A stretch of DNA of 64,000 bases, from positions 11,904,001 through 11,968,000 of the forward strand of contig JBHGNT010000014.1 in NCBI GenBank assembly GCA_043228905.1, written 5' to 3'. The notes under the pieces were generated by a model. The model was not told the origin of the DNA and did not search any database. It was given only the letters and a program-made list of their open reading frames with translations. Source of the DNA: Azolla caroliniana. Its lineage: Eukaryota; Plantae; Polypodiophyta. This document shows, in pieces, positions 36,639 through 50,612 of this stretch (positions are counted from its first letter, which is position 1; every line of letters begins with the position of its first letter). A program made the position numbers and the translations under genes.

Positions 36639-39600
36639 ACACCGACTCACGCACACGCACACACACACGCACACACAGCCCAACCCGACGCACGCCTTAT
36701 GTACAGAAAACGCAGGAGAGGTTAAACACGCGATGCCAACAATGACGCGAATATAAACAGACAAACGTATATATATGTATATATAAAGGGAAGGATACAT
36801 TCCCGGCGTCGAGCCGGACTGAGGTAGGTTACAGTAGTCGTCAGTTGCCAAGCCGCCATCGGGGAGCTCTCAGCTCATCGCGCCGAGCGGGGTCTTGCAC
36901 AGGAGGCCGAACCAAAGCAAACCCTAAGCAAACATGAAGGGGAAGAAGGAGAAGAAGAAAACCTAACTCTAAACCTAACGGTATACCCTCTAATGCAAAA
37001 TGGGCAACCCTTTCACAATGGGATGCATTACAATGTGGGACAAATCTCAACTTACATGGGATTGTCTGTCCCGACTTAACTACTCTTTGGCGCCATAAAG
37101 GCGCCCCCGATATTCACACCAAATGTACATGGGTGCGTACACACGTTGCACCCTGCCGATGTAGCCAATGTTTCCCGGTTTCCGCCTCTGGCCGAAATTC
37201 TTCACGACATCCGCCCCCACCTAACTGCACGTCCAGCGGTACGTGCCAAATCTGGTTGAAGGGTGAGAGATTTCGGGCGGTGAGAAACCGGTCTCCCGTG
37301 ATCCGCATCTCGGCTCGCTGCCGGTTTGATTCGTCGGCTCCGAGTCTTCCTTCGCGCTCGCCTCCCCGTAGGCTCGTTCAACCCGTCGATAGGTCCTCTG
37401 CCGCGATCTCCGTAGTACGCGTACTTCCGTTGGCCCTTGTTCGGCCGTATGAACGCCCCGCTTCCCGTCATAGGCCCGATGTCCTTTGCTTGAGGCATGC
37501 CCGTAGTGGCCCGCTTGGCCTCCGTTGACCAACCGTGATGTCCTGATGTTGTTTCGAGTTGGCTTCGTCCTTTCGCCGCCACCTTCCTTCTCCATGGTCT
37601 TACATCGCCGCGTCGGCTCGAACCACCATGGTCTCCGGAACGGTGTGGAGGATCCCTTTTTCGGTCTTCTCCGCGCTTGCCTTCCCGCTCCGGCACCTCC
37701 GTGTGCCACATACCCTCGACCATTGTTTGGCACTGCCTGTGCCGTACCCCGGTTCATTGCACGCCTCGTCGGCCCCTTTCCCGGCCAGATCGTGCATCGC
37801 CGCTCACCTGCATACCAGTGTCCTTTGCATCCGAGGAACACCCCGTAGTAGCCCACTTGGCCCTTCCCGTCTTCGTGCTACCGCGATAGGTCCTGAGTCT
37901 TCCGCTTGTCGTCGTCCCCTCGCCCCCACCAGCTTGTCACCCTCGGCTTGCCGTGTTAGTCTTCGCTACTTCAACGGAGCTACCGAGATCTACGAAGCGA
38001 GTGTGGAGGATCCTCCTCCGGCCTCTCTTGCCATCCCCTGACTCCGACCTTGTGCAGTCCACTAGGCACTTGTCACCTCGTTCCCGGCAGCTCCCTTGTG
38101 TCGTCGGGTCCTGTTCCCTACCGCCACCGTCCTTCTCCCTCGGTCTTACGTTGCCACGTTGGCCGAATAGCCGGATTCTCCTGATCGGTGTGAGGGTCCC
38201 ATAGGACCGGACTCCGTTTCTATGCTTGCCGAAATTCGTGTGACTTTTGTTTGAGTCCCTCCTGGACTCTCCTCGTGTCTTCCGCGTAGCCGGGTCCCGT
38301 TTCCCACCGCCACCTTCCTTCTCCCTCGGTCTTACGTAGCCACGTTGGCCGAACATCCGGAGTCTCTGGTTCAGTGTGGGGATCCCGTAGGACCGGACTT
38401 CCTTACGCCCATAGCCTTCGTCACCTCGCCGCCACCGTCAGTATCTTGGTCTTACGTCGACCGCGTTGCCGACTGCCGAAGTCTCTAGAACCGGTGTGAA
38501 GGATCCTCCGTAGACCGCCGATTTGTCTTCCTTGCCTTCGTCACCTCGCCGCCACTGTCAGTATCTTGGTCTTATGTCGACCGCGTTGCCGACTGCCAAA
38601 GTCTCTAAAACCGGTGTGAAGGATCCTCCGTAGACCGCCGTCTTCCCGACCCTGTCCCGGGTCGTCCTTCTCCGCATGCCGAGAGGGCGGTTTACTCCGC
38701 ACCCTCTCCTCGGCCTCTTCGTAGGCCTGCTCTCTTCCTCCCTCCCGGAATGATCATCCGGGAGTCCGCTCCGCCCGGTTCTCGGTCGGGTTCATTCGTC
38801 TTCCCCCGGATTGCCGAGTCCCGTTCCCCTGTCGCCACCATCCTCTCTTGTCGGACTCATGCCGGCACTCGGGCCTGCAGCCGGATCGGTGTAAGAAATC
38901 CGATAGGACCAGTTTTCATTCTCTTTCCATATCTCGACCTTCGCCCAGTCGGTCTTTCTCCCCATGTAAAAGAGGGCGGCTCGTCCCACACCCTCTCCCG
39001 TATCGGCACCTCTATGCCGAATCCGGCTTCGATCGAACGGTCCACGACCGGATTACGCTCCACGCGTATCGAAATGCCGATCTCCTCGTGCCGCTTCTGT
39101 CCTCGGCCTCCTCGCAGGCCGTTCCCCATCCGACTTCGTTGGCATCGTGCCAGGACTCCTCGGTACCGCCGTCCATCTCCTCGGTCTTACATGGGCATAC
39201 AGGTCCGAATGCCGAGATCTCTGGAATCGGGTCCGTGGGCTTTTTTCCGTTCCTTCCCCGTATTGTCTCACCGGTGATTCTTGGTCTATCGCCGCCGCCT
39301 TCCTCCGCTTGGGACTTACGTGGGCACTCGGGCCCGACTGCCATCGTCTCGGGAGAAATTGTGGGAAGACACAAAGAATCGCCTGTCCGTTTTACGCCCT
39401 TGTCCGTAGCCACCGACTCTTCGTGGTCGGCGGTCGTCTTCTTACCGATCGCGCAAGCCCCGTCTTGGCTCGCTTCTCCAACGACCGGGGTCTCGGGCTG
39501 ACACGCCCGAAACCGCTGGTCCCAACGTTCCAGTTCCGCGATCTGTATCTCGGCCTCGTCCACGGCCGTTCTTTCTCCGCAAGACAAGAGGGTGTTTCGT

Positions 39601-41177
39601 TCCGCACCCTCTCCCGTGGTACGGTGGTACCGATCTTCCGTCGTCGCGTGGCGCAAGTCCGTCTTCTCAGTCTCGGCTTGCGGCTCCCGTCTTTCCTCTT
39701 CCTCGAGCATCGCCTCGAGAGTTGCGTACGCCTCCGCAATCCTGGCCTCAACGCCGACCCTTGCCGACTCTTTTTTCCGTTCGGCCTCTTCCCGCTGTGA
39801 TGGCACGCCGTCGCGTACCTTCCTCTTAGCCTTCTCGGCTCGCTCGTTGTCTAGCCGTTGACACACCCTTCCGACCTTTGACCAGTCCTCCGTAAGCCCA
39901 TTCGCTCCATCATCGTCTTCGAGCTCAATCCCGATGGCCTCCTATTCCGTTCAGTCGATCAACCTGACGAACAATAGGACCTTGTTTGCCCCAACCAAAC
40001 TTTGTTCCCGCTCTGGGAGCCGAGCAAGCCGTCGCTCGAACTCTCGGAACGCCTTCGTCACGCCCCGGTGGGTCTTTGCCGATGCTACCCACTGGTCAAA
40101 GTCGTGTCGTCCCTGGCTCTTCCGCCGTCCTCCGTATGCCTTCAGGAGCGCCTCTTCGAAGGCCTCCTACGAACTATGAGCCTCATGAAGCTCCTTTATT
40201 TCCGCATGCATCCGGACAGCCACGACCCGACAGAAGAACTCCAGCCTCAACGCCTCGTCTATGCCACGCTCCTCCATTCCCGCGTTGAAGGCTTCCAAGT
40301 AAGATGGGACTTTGTCCCCGTTGAAACAACCGACTCTTTCGACCACTCGCTCAACCGCCTGTTGCGCTGCTTCTCGTCTCATCACCACTCGTGCCGACTC
40401 CAACAGCACTTCGGCCTTCACGTCGGGTTCACCAAAAATGTCGCGTTGTTACGCGCGTGCGTGGACAAAGGCGGGACCACGAGGGTCTTGGACTAGGGAG
40501 AGAGAGAGCGTAGGAAGTCGTGCTTCACTGTTTCTGGGGCATCCCGGAAGCACCCGAAGGGAGAGAGAGAGAGAGCTTAACACCGACTCACGCACACACA
40601 CGCACACACAGCCCAACCCGACTCACGCCTTATGTACAGAAAACGCAGGAGAGGTTAAACACGCGACGCCAACAACGACGCGAATATACACAGACAAACG
40701 TATATATATGTATATATAAAGGGAAGGATACATTCCCGGCGTCGAGCCAAACTGAGGTAGGTTACAGTAGTCGTCACCTGCGAAGCCGCCGTCGGGGAGC
40801 TCTCAGCTCGTCGCGCCGAGCGGGGTCTTGCACAGGAGGCCGAACCAAAGCAAACCCTAAGCAAACACGAAGGGGAAGAAGAAGGAGAAGAAGAAAACTT
40901 AACTCTAAACCTAACGGTATACCCTCTAATGCAAAATGGGCAACCCTTTCACAAAGGGCGTTCCCTTCCTTTTATAGAACAAGGAAAGGGATGCGTTACA
41001 ATGTGGGACAAGTCCCGACTTACATGGGATTGTCTGTCCCGACTTAACTACTCTTCGGCGCCATAAAGGCGCCTCCGATATTCACACCAAATGTACATGG
41101 GTGCGTACACACGCTGCACCCTGCCGATGTAGCCAATGGTTCCCGGTTTCCGCCTCTGGCCGAAATTCTTCACGACA
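36475..41177 (-). mobile_element. Non-autonomous (gag-only) Gypsy LTR element with tRNA-Trp PBS
   Basis: LTRs at 36475-37209 and 40439-41177; 4-bp TSD GCGT. An 18-nt PBS at 40417-40434 matches the recalled tRNA-Trp 3' end TTCACGTCGGGTTCACCA. PPT GGTGGGGGCGGA at 37210-37221; gag-like ORF at 40167-40421; no RT or INT motifs. Confidence 0.93.
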
Positions 41178-43779
41178 GCGTGTCAGCCGCGATGTTGTGT
41201 TTGACGAGTCCGCGTCCTGGTACCAGCCCCCGACTCCGAACCTCGACTCCAATCCGAGCTCTTACGATGAGGTCAGCGAGGCCGAGATGCCTCCGGATGA
41301 GCCCGAAATCGAGACCCGCGAAGAGAGTCCGATTTCACTCCGGTTAAGTGGACCGATTGGACGACTGAGTTGGTACGACCAGTCCGATGAAGAGCCGGCG
41401 AGTAGTGGAGACTCGGTCGTGCATTCCCCGCGCAGGAAGCCGAGGAGACGGCTTACGCGCAAAGAGAAAGGAAAGAAGAAGGTGTCGGATTCCGGCACGG
41501 ATAGGAACGAGTCAGACCGACGCGAGTCCGACTCCGAGGGAACCGGTGACGGGTCTTTAAAGGTGAAGACCGCGTCGACCGAGAAGGCCTCGACATCGGC
41601 TAATGTGAGATTACGCTTATCTACCCGCCAGAAGAATCATGTTTTGAGGTTCGGATACAACGAGTACATGGCGCATCATTATGCGTACATGACCCGTGTA
41701 GCGGAAGTGCGTGAGCCGGAGAGCTACGCAGAAGTGGCTAAAGACGCGAATTGGCGTGCCGCGATGGAGGAAGAGATGCACGCATTGGCAGAGAACGAGA
41801 CCTGGGACCTGGTTGACGCACCAAGAGGGGTAAAACCGATCGGGTGTAGGTGGGTGTACAAGGTCAAGTACAACACCGATGGCTCGGTCAACCAGTACAA
41901 GGCTCGACTAGTGGCAAAGGGCTACGCGCAGAAACACGGCATCGACTACGATGAGATGTATGCGCCGGTCGCGAAAATGACGATCGTCCGTGTTTTGCTC
42001 GCAGTAGCCGCGGCCAAGGGGTGGCACCTACATCAAATGGATGTAAAGAATGCGTTCCTGCAAGGTGACCTTGAGGAACAAGTGTACATGGTGCAACCCC
42101 CCGGATTTCCCTCTGGAATGAACTCCTCGGCAGTATGCCGCCTGAAGAAGTGCCTTTACGGACTGAAGCAAGCCTCGCGTGCCTGGAACGCAAAGATCAC
42201 GCAACAACTGCGTTGGATGGGCTTTGTCACGTCAAAATCGGACTCTTCCCTGTTCATCCGGAAAGGTCGACTCGAACCGGTTAGTATTCTACTATATGTC
42301 GATGACTTGGTCATCATCGGCGCCGACCTTGGCGAAATCGACCGCGTGAAGCTCCAGCTTGCGGCATCGTTAGACATGAAGGATCTGGGGGACCTTCATT
42401 ACTTCCTCGGGATCGAAGTGATCCGTACCCCAGAAGGCATATTGATCAACCAACGTCATTACGTGTTGGGTATGCTCTTCAAACTCGGGATGGCCGACTG
42501 TAAGTCTGTCTCGACTCCTCTGGACAGAACCATCAAGCTTCGTCCCGATACGGGAAAGGTATGCGACCCGACGAGGTTCCGACAAATTGTCGAAAGCCTC
42601 ATATACTTGACCATCACCCGACCCGACCTCAGTTATCCGGTCGGGGTGATCACTCAGTTCATGGCGCGACCTACCGAGGAGCACCTTCAGTGTGCGCAAC
42701 GGGTACTGCGGTACGTAAGCGGCACTAAGGACCGCGGACTGCTATATCGGACCGGTGCAACCGCGCAGTTAGTCGGCTACACCGATGCTAATTGGGCTGG
42801 CAACGCCGCCGATCGTCGATCCACGTCCGGATACGCGTTCTCCCTCGGGAGTGCCGCGGTCGCGTGGAGCAGTAAGAAGCAGCCGACAGTTGCACTGTCG
42901 AGCACCGAAGCTGAGTACCGAGGAGCGGTTGTCGCGACATGCGAAGCCATATGGTTGAAGCGGCTACTTAAGGACCTGCAAGAGGAGGTGTCAGATCCGA
43001 CGACGATCTATTGCGACAATCTCAGCAGCATCCAGCTCGCGAAGAACCCCGTTTTCCACGCACGGACCAAGCACATTGAGGTGCACTACCATTTCGTCCG
43101 TGAGCGTGTCCTTTCCGGTGAAGTCGAACTTCAGTACATGCCGACGGATCGGCAGACTGCCGACATCTTCACAAAGCCTCTTGGTCTGGACAAGTTGCGG
43201 CAATTCTCAGGTGCGCTCGGATTGCGTCACCTCTACGTGCCAAACTTGAGGGGGAGAACAGTCCCGAACGACCAAGCAAAGCAGCAAGAAAGGAGTGGAG
43301 GCCGCGACACCGAGTCGGTTGACTCGGCTGTTGACTCGGTTGTCGAGTTCGACTTCGGATCGGTTGAAGAAGCCGAGGGCGGACCCGCGGAAAAGTCCGA
43401 AAGCGGACAGAAGGGGAGCAGCCGAAGGAGAGAGACGAAGCCAACCACGCATGGGGAAGATGACGCCATTGAGGGCGAGAAGACCGAAGACGAGTTGGAG
43501 ACAGCCAACTCGGATGAGAGCGAAAACCGATCGGAGGTAGCTGAGTCGGTTCGGATGTTTGATTCAGATACGCTAAATCAACCGAGGCCCAAGCGGAAGA
43601 AAAGGCAGCAGGAGAAGCGTCAACACCGCAACAGCAGAAGAGCTGCTAAGGGCCACATGAGCAGACAAGCCGACCGGAAGGGTCGAAGCGCGCAGAGTCA
43701 AACAGGTCGAGGAGCGCGAGCGAGGCGTGAAGCCAGGAGGAACCGGAGCAGTGAGCCCAAAGATCCCGAAGAGCATTAA
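41178..43779 (+). CDS. pol: Copia C INT tail, RT and RNase H with a charged C-terminal extension of about 180 aa (frame open, separated from gag-INT by an insertion)
   Basis: SRDVVFDE, CRWVYKVK, QMDVKNAFL, LYVDDL, GYTDANWAG, RTKHIEVHYHFVRE. Confidence 0.93.
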
Positions 43780-44211
43780 GTTGACCTTGAGGGGGAGTGT
43801 TGAGAGACAAGCTCAACATCGGCCGAATCGGCTGAACAAGCCAAGGACCGGATCGGTTGGGACCGATCGGTTAGGCCGAGTGCGGAAACCGGGACGCCGT
43901 TAAGAAAGATATTCCGTGAGGAATATATTTGGGAGTTAGTGTAGGAGCTCTCAATGAGCATTGAAGTACTGTCAGTACTTCTGTCAGTTCTTCTAGGACT
44001 TGTATAAAAGTGTTCATTGAACAAACATTTGTATAGAGTGTGGTGAATAGAGATTGTTTTTGTTGAATATAGTTCTTGTGTTCTCTCTCTCTCACTCTCT
44101 CTCTGTCTCTCCCGCGTATACTGCGTAAGCTCAAGCTCTCCATTAAACCTGAGTTTTCTTCCTTCTATTCGGTCTTCATACTTGCTTCCGCATGCTACTT
44201 TCTACAAGTGA

Positions 44212-44667
44212 TCCGGTCGAGGGATTTCCGACCGTTGAGACGACCGATGGAGTTCTGGTCGAGAAGAGTTGTCATGGCGAGTGGGTTCACCATGCAATGC
44301 ACTATCCCATAGGCATGCCATGTGTTACCTGTAAGAATATACGGGGAGGCATAAGGGTATGTGTAATGATGTGGTTTATGTGTATGTGTAAAGTAAATGA
44401 GTGTGTGAGGATGAGTGTGTGTATGGACATATGCACAATTATGTGCATGTGTACAAGAATGTGTAACGGTCTTATTTATAACGGTCATGTAACCGTTACA
44501 TTGGATGTATTACATAACCCCCTATGGGGTATGTAATGAGATATACATTTTTCCCCTCTCAATTTGTGTAATTTTGTATTTGTCTTTCTCTCTTGCTCTT
44601 TCTCTAACTTAACCCCCTTGGGAGCGGGGTGAAGCCATTGTATGTTTCACCCCCCACCCCAACAACA
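44212..44667 (+). mobile_element. Gypsy LTR fragment (target of Copia C; continues from about 33690-33783)
   Basis: Homologous to 29660-30468 and ends CCCCAACAACA. Confidence 0.65.
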
Positions 44668-46860
44668 GTATGGTTGCCGGTCCTCTCCTTAGGCTCCTCT
44701 TGGCGTCCTCCCACCTGGCTTGATCTCCTCGTTTGGTCTGATTCTTCTTCTCACAACACGTCTGGTTCTGTGCACCTCGACCTTCTCGATCGGCTTGTAT
44801 GTTCGGAAGCCCCATCTCAGCTCCTTTGTTGTTGGGACTCCGGCGCGACTCCACCCGTCAGTTCCTCCGTGTCAGTGTCGGCTTTCGTTGCCTCCTTGTC
44901 CGTTTGGCCTTCAGTTGATTCGGCTCCTCCGAATCAAGCACCGCTTCCGAATTGGGTGACTCAGATTCGTTCCAGCTCTTGGCCCTTTACCACATCGAAC
45001 CACGTCTGGGTCTTGGCCTTCCAGTCGGCTATGTCCTTCTTGAATCTGCCTCCATCGCGGCTTGTTCCGACTTTATCCAATGTGCAAACTTCTTCAGTCA
45101 ACTCTGCTTCCTTTTTCTTCTTCTCTCCCCCTGTTTTCCCAGTTTCCGTTCTGGTTCTGGTTCTCCCCCTCAAGTGCGGCATGTCGAGATGTTGAAGCCC
45201 AAGCATCTCTAAAAAATGTTGCAACTTGTCGGTTCCAAGGGCCTTCGTAAAGATGTTGGCAACCTGTCGATCCGTCTGAACGTACCAGAGTTCTACTTCA
45301 ACGCTGACGACCCGCTCACGCACAAAGTGATAATGCATTTCTATGTTCTTCGTCCGAGCATGGGACACAGGGTTCTTGGCTAGCTACATGCGGCTCATGT
45401 TGTTGCAGTAGATCGGGATCGGAGTTGGGACTTCGATCCGGAGGTCTTGCAGTAGTCGTCGAAGCCTGATGGCTTCACATGTGGTAATGGTAGCGCCCCG
45501 ATATTCAACCTCAATGCTAGACAAGGCCATTCTCGACTGCTTTTTGTTGCTCCACACAACAACCGCGATACCTAGAGAGAACATCGATTCGACGCATCTC
45601 CGGTCAAGTCGGCATCTGTATATCCGACTAGATTCTCAGTTATACCACGTCGGTATAACCATCCCCGATCCTTAGTGCCATTAGCATACCTCAAAATTCA
45701 ATGCACACAATGAAGGTGCTCCATAGACGGCTTACGCATGAACTGACTTATCGTTCCGAGCGGATAGCTAATGTCGGGTCAGGTGATCTTCAAATAAATA
45801 AGGCTTCAGACAACTTGTCGGAACCATTTCTCCTCGCAGGCCAATCAGGAGTCGGGACGAAGCTTTAGGTTCCAGTACAGGGGTGTGGAGACTGATCGAC
45901 AATCGTTCATGCCGAACTTGTACAACATATTTAGCACATAATGTCACTGAGAGAGCAATATGCCGTCGGGGGTGTGGATCACTTCGATCCCGAGGAAGTA
46001 ATGAAGGTCCCCTAGGTTCTTTATTTCGAATGCATTCGATAGTTGGGACTTCACTCAGACGATTTCAGCGAGGCCGGGTTCGGTGATGACTAAATCATCC
46101 ACATATAGCAAGATACATATTGGACCTTCTGGACCTTTTCGGATGAACAATGAAGAATCAGACTTGGAGGCCACAAACCCCATCTTACGCAACAAGTGCA
46201 TGATTTTCGAGTTCCAAGCACTGGGACCTTGCTTCAGGCTGTAAAATGACTTCTTCAGTCGGCAGACTGCTGACTTGTTCATCTCTAACTGAAATCGGGG
46301 GGGCTGGATCATGTAGACCTGTTCTTCAAGATCTCCTTAAAGGAACACATTCTTCACGTCCATTTGGTGAAGATGTCATCCCCTTGCCACAACAACCGCT
46401 AGCACCATACAAACCGTCGTCATCTTCGCTACTGGAGCGAAGGTCTCGTCGTACTCGATTTTGTGGGTCTGTGCGTATCCTTTGGACACTAACCGGGCCT
46501 TGTATAGATTGACCGAACCGTCAGCATTATACTTCACCTTGTACACCCACTTGCAACCGATTGGTTTGCAATGTCAGGGAGGGTCAACCAAGTCCCATGT
46601 ATCATTGGCATCAAGTGCCCGCATCTCTTCCTCCATTGTGGCATGCCAATGCGCGTCCTTTGCCGCTTCTGCGTAGTTCTCTGGCTCACGCACCTCCGCC
46701 ACTTTCTTCATGTACGCATAGTGATGCGCCATGTACTCATTATATTCGTACCTTTTTACAGGGTTTTTCTGGCGGGTGGATCAACATAACTTCCCGTTAG
46801 CCGATTTCAAGGCCCTCTTAGCCGGATCAGACTTCCTCTTCGTTCTGTTCGGAGTCAGAT

Positions 46861-49800
46861 TTAGGTGATAGGGTGGAGCATGTGCACTAACCCTTGTACA
46901 AATGTAGGTGATAGGGGTGCATTTATGGCGCCAAGTAGGAGTTAAGTTGGGACAGAGAATCCCATGTAAATCAGGATTTATCCCACATTGTAACGCATCA
47001 CTCTCCTTGTTCTATAAAACGAAGGGAGGGTCCCTTGTAGAGTGGTTGCCCATTTTGAGTTAGGAGGGTATACCATTAGGTCCAAGGTATGATAATCTTT
47101 CTTCTTCTTACCTTCTTGTTTTCTGTGAGGGTTATTTGAGTTCTTCTTCCTTTTCTTCGTCGTGTGGGTTGAGTCTTCGTGTCTATTTAGGGTTTAGTCC
47201 AGTTAAGAGCTTGTATGTCCTAAGGGGTTTTCGCTTCTTCCTCGTTCGAGACCCCCGTGGTCCTGCCCCTTTCAGCACGTACTCGCGGATTACCGCGACA
47301 TCTTTGGTGAACCCGATGTGAAAGGGCGGCAAGGGAGGATGGAGTCGGAAGACGATGACTTCGCGGAAATGTTGGCCGAAGTGGTGTTGGAGTTCAGACG
47401 AGTGGTGGTGAGGTGAGAAGCAGCACAATGAGATATTGAGCGAGTGGTCGAAAGAGTTGGTCGTTTCAACGGGGAAAAAGTCCCATTCTACTTGGAAGCC
47501 TACAACGCAGAAATGGAGGTGCGAAGCGTAGACGAGGCATTGAGCCTGGAGTTCTTCTGTCGGGTCGTTGCCGTCCGGATGCACTCAGAAGTGAAGGAGC
47601 TCTAAGAAGCTCATAGTTTGTGGGAGGCCTCCGAAGAGGCGCTCCTACAGGCATATGGAGGACGGCGGAAGAACCGGGGACGACGCAACTTCGACCAATG
47701 GGTGGCGAAGACCCACCAGGGCATGTAGATAAAAAAGCTATAGTTAGATAATAATAATAATAAAGCTAGATAAAAAAGCTATAGTTAGATAATAATAATA
47801 ATAACGCATGATCACTTTTAGAAAAAGCATGTTAAAGAAAGCATGTAGTCTATGGACAGAAAAAGCATGGAGTCTATAGTTAGAAAAAAAGCATGGATTG
47901 TGAAGACTCTCTCATCACCATATAAGGATGGGGAGCACAATGTAATAGGTGTGTGAAAAATATTTGGGAAATTGGATATATTTCCTAAAACACCTATTAA
48001 TATAATCGTGGGATTCACGAAGTTTTATATAATCTATCTCTTTCAATCTAAATTCATATTCTTACATAAATATTGATTAATGTAATACTTGTGGGATTCA
48101 CAAGGTTTGATCTCTTTTCTCAATCTACTGTAACCTATTCTAAACTATTTCAATTTATTAGTACGATTAAGATAAACTAAAACAATTATACTTGTGGGAT
48201 TCACAGGTTTCTATATCTCTTTCTTATAATCTATTCATATTCATAACTAGATTAGCCTCAAATTCTTCCTCCTCCTAGTCCAAAACCCCAGTGGTTCCCA
48301 CCCGACTCACGCAACGATCCGGAGCCGAAAGGCACGACAACGGATATCCAATCCGGAAGGGAGGAAGAGCCAGGCCTATGGGGAGGCCAGAACACGGTAC
48401 ATCGGTACCACGGGAGAGGGTGTGGAGTGAGCCACCCTCTCGACACGTGAAGGAGGAAGACCTGGGATAGGGTTGGAAAGACAGGACGCCCAAGGAGGAT
48501 CCTTCACACCGGATCTAGAGACTTCGGTAGTCGGCAGCAGAGCCGATGTAAGACAAAGAGACTGACGGTGGCGGCAAGGGGACGAGGGCAAAGATAACGA
48601 TGGGATGGTCCTATGGGATCCTCACACCAATCCGGAGACACTAGCAGTTCAAGACGACATGGAAACGTGAGACCGAGTGAGAAGGATGGTGGCGGTAGGA
48701 AACAGGAACCGGAGATGCGGGAAGAGCGGACCAGGAGCCGGCGAGGCCAAAGTTGACAGAGGCCGAACCCTTACCGTCCGGTTACGATTTCGGAGGAAAG
48801 CCGATGAGGGGTAAGCCGAGAGCGGAGCAAGAGACGTGCAAGTGGCCGTCAAGGGCCAAAGTGAAGCACAAGCACAGGACGGTGTTCGGCACAGGTGGTG
48901 CCGAACAAGGAAGGCGGAAGACGGCACACAGAGGTGTCAAGAACCACAACACGGGCGCGTAATAGACTACACGGATTGGAGACTGGAAACAGGATCGAGG
49001 GCTGGAGAATGATCCTCCACACCCACTTCGGAGATCTCGGCGGCTCAGTTGAAGTGGCAACGACTGGCGTGGCAAGCCAAACCCGAGGTAACTAGCTGGT
49101 GGGGGCGAGGGGACGACGCCAAGTGGAAGGCTCCGAATCGGTGGCAACAGCGCAAGACGAAAGTTGCCAAGCGGGCTACTACGGGGTGGTCCTCGGACGC
49201 AGAGGACACTAGTATGTGGAGTAGTGGCGATGCACGATCTGGCTAGGCGAGGGCCGATGACGCGTGTAAGGGAAGTAACTGGAGTTCGGCACAGGCGGCG
49301 CCGAACACGAGAAGGGGATGCATAGCACACGGAGGTGCTGGAGAGGGAATACAAGCATGACGATGGGTTGCCGGTCCAAGTGATCTCTCGTAGAAGGCCT
49401 GAGAGGGATCCTCCACACTGGTTCCGGAGACCTTGGCAGTTCAGCCGTCGTGGCAACGTAAGACCAAGGAGAAGGTAGGTGGCAACAAGGGGACGAAGGC
49501 GGTGGAGATCAACGCGAAACGAGAATCGGGACGACACGAAGGTCGACGGAGGCCAAGTGGGTCATTACGGGTGCTCCTCAGATAGAGGACACCGCGTATC
49601 CAAAGGAACGAGAAGCGTGTATGCGGTCGAAAGAAGGGCCAACGGGGAAGCACGTGCACTACGGGATCGCGGCGAATGACCTATCGATGGGTCGAATGAG
49701 CCTACGGAGAGGCAAGCACGGAGAAGGAACCGAAGCCGACGGTTCGAACCGGCAAGGCCAACACGGCAGTCGGAATGCGGATTATGGAAGATCGATTCCT

Positions 49801-50566
49801 CACCAGCCGGAATCTCTCACCCTTCTCCAAACTTGGCACGTACCGGTGGACGTGCGGTTTGGTGGGGGCGGATGTCGTGAAGATTTCGGGCGATGGTGCG
49901 AAACCGGAGAATACCGGAAGAATCGGCGATGTGCACTCACCCTTGTACAAATGGTGTAGGTGATAGGGGTGCCTTTATGGCGCCAAGTAGGAGTTAAGTC
50001 GGGACAGAGAATCCCATGTAAATCAATATTTATCCCACATTGTAACGCATCCCTCTCCTTGTTCTATAAAAGGAAGGGAGGGTCCCTTGAAGAGTGGTTG
50101 CCCATTTTGAGTTAGGAGGGTATACCATTAGGTCCAAGGTATGATAATCTTTCTTCTTTTTACCTTCTTGTTTTCTGTTACGATTATTTGAGTTCTTCTT
50201 CTTCTTCTTCTTCTTCTTCTTCTTCTTCTTCTTCGTCGTCATGTGGGTTGAGTCTTCGTGTTTGTTTAGGGTTTAGTCCGATTAAGAGCTTGTATGTCCT
50301 AAGGGGTTTTCGTTTCTGCTCCGTCCCTTGTGCAAGACCCTGCTCGATGAGACGAGCTCGAGAGCTCCCCGACCGACGGCTTGGCAGGAGACGACCGTTG
50401 GAACCTAATCTATCTTAGTTTGGCTCGAAGTCGATATTGTATCTTGTTGTCATGTAAATACGCATACATCAGATTGTGCATATATGTGTCTCTGTTGGTG
50501 TTAGGTGTGTTTCTTTCTTTGTTTCCTGTACATAAGAGGCGTGTGTCGAGTCGGTGTTGCGCGCAT

Positions 50567-50612
<46 letters not shown>

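Larger units (their letters stand above)
33784..44206 (+). mobile_element. Full-length Ty1/Copia element C (Bryco/Lyco-like family)
   Basis: LTRs at 33784-34193 and 43798-44206; TSD AGTGA; PBS TGGTATCAAAGC at 34194-34205; PPT GAGGGGGAG at 43789-43797. Confidence 0.96.

Noticed and set aside
38414-38640. Regularly spaced repeats suggestive of a CRISPR array
   Set aside because: The units are degenerate and the spacers are homologous to each other. The context is a eukaryotic TE with no cas genes.
37133-39866. Many overlapping 100-280 aa ORFs on both strands
   Set aside because: This is the GC-rich repeat interior of a non-autonomous element. No catalytic motifs are present, so none is called as a gene.
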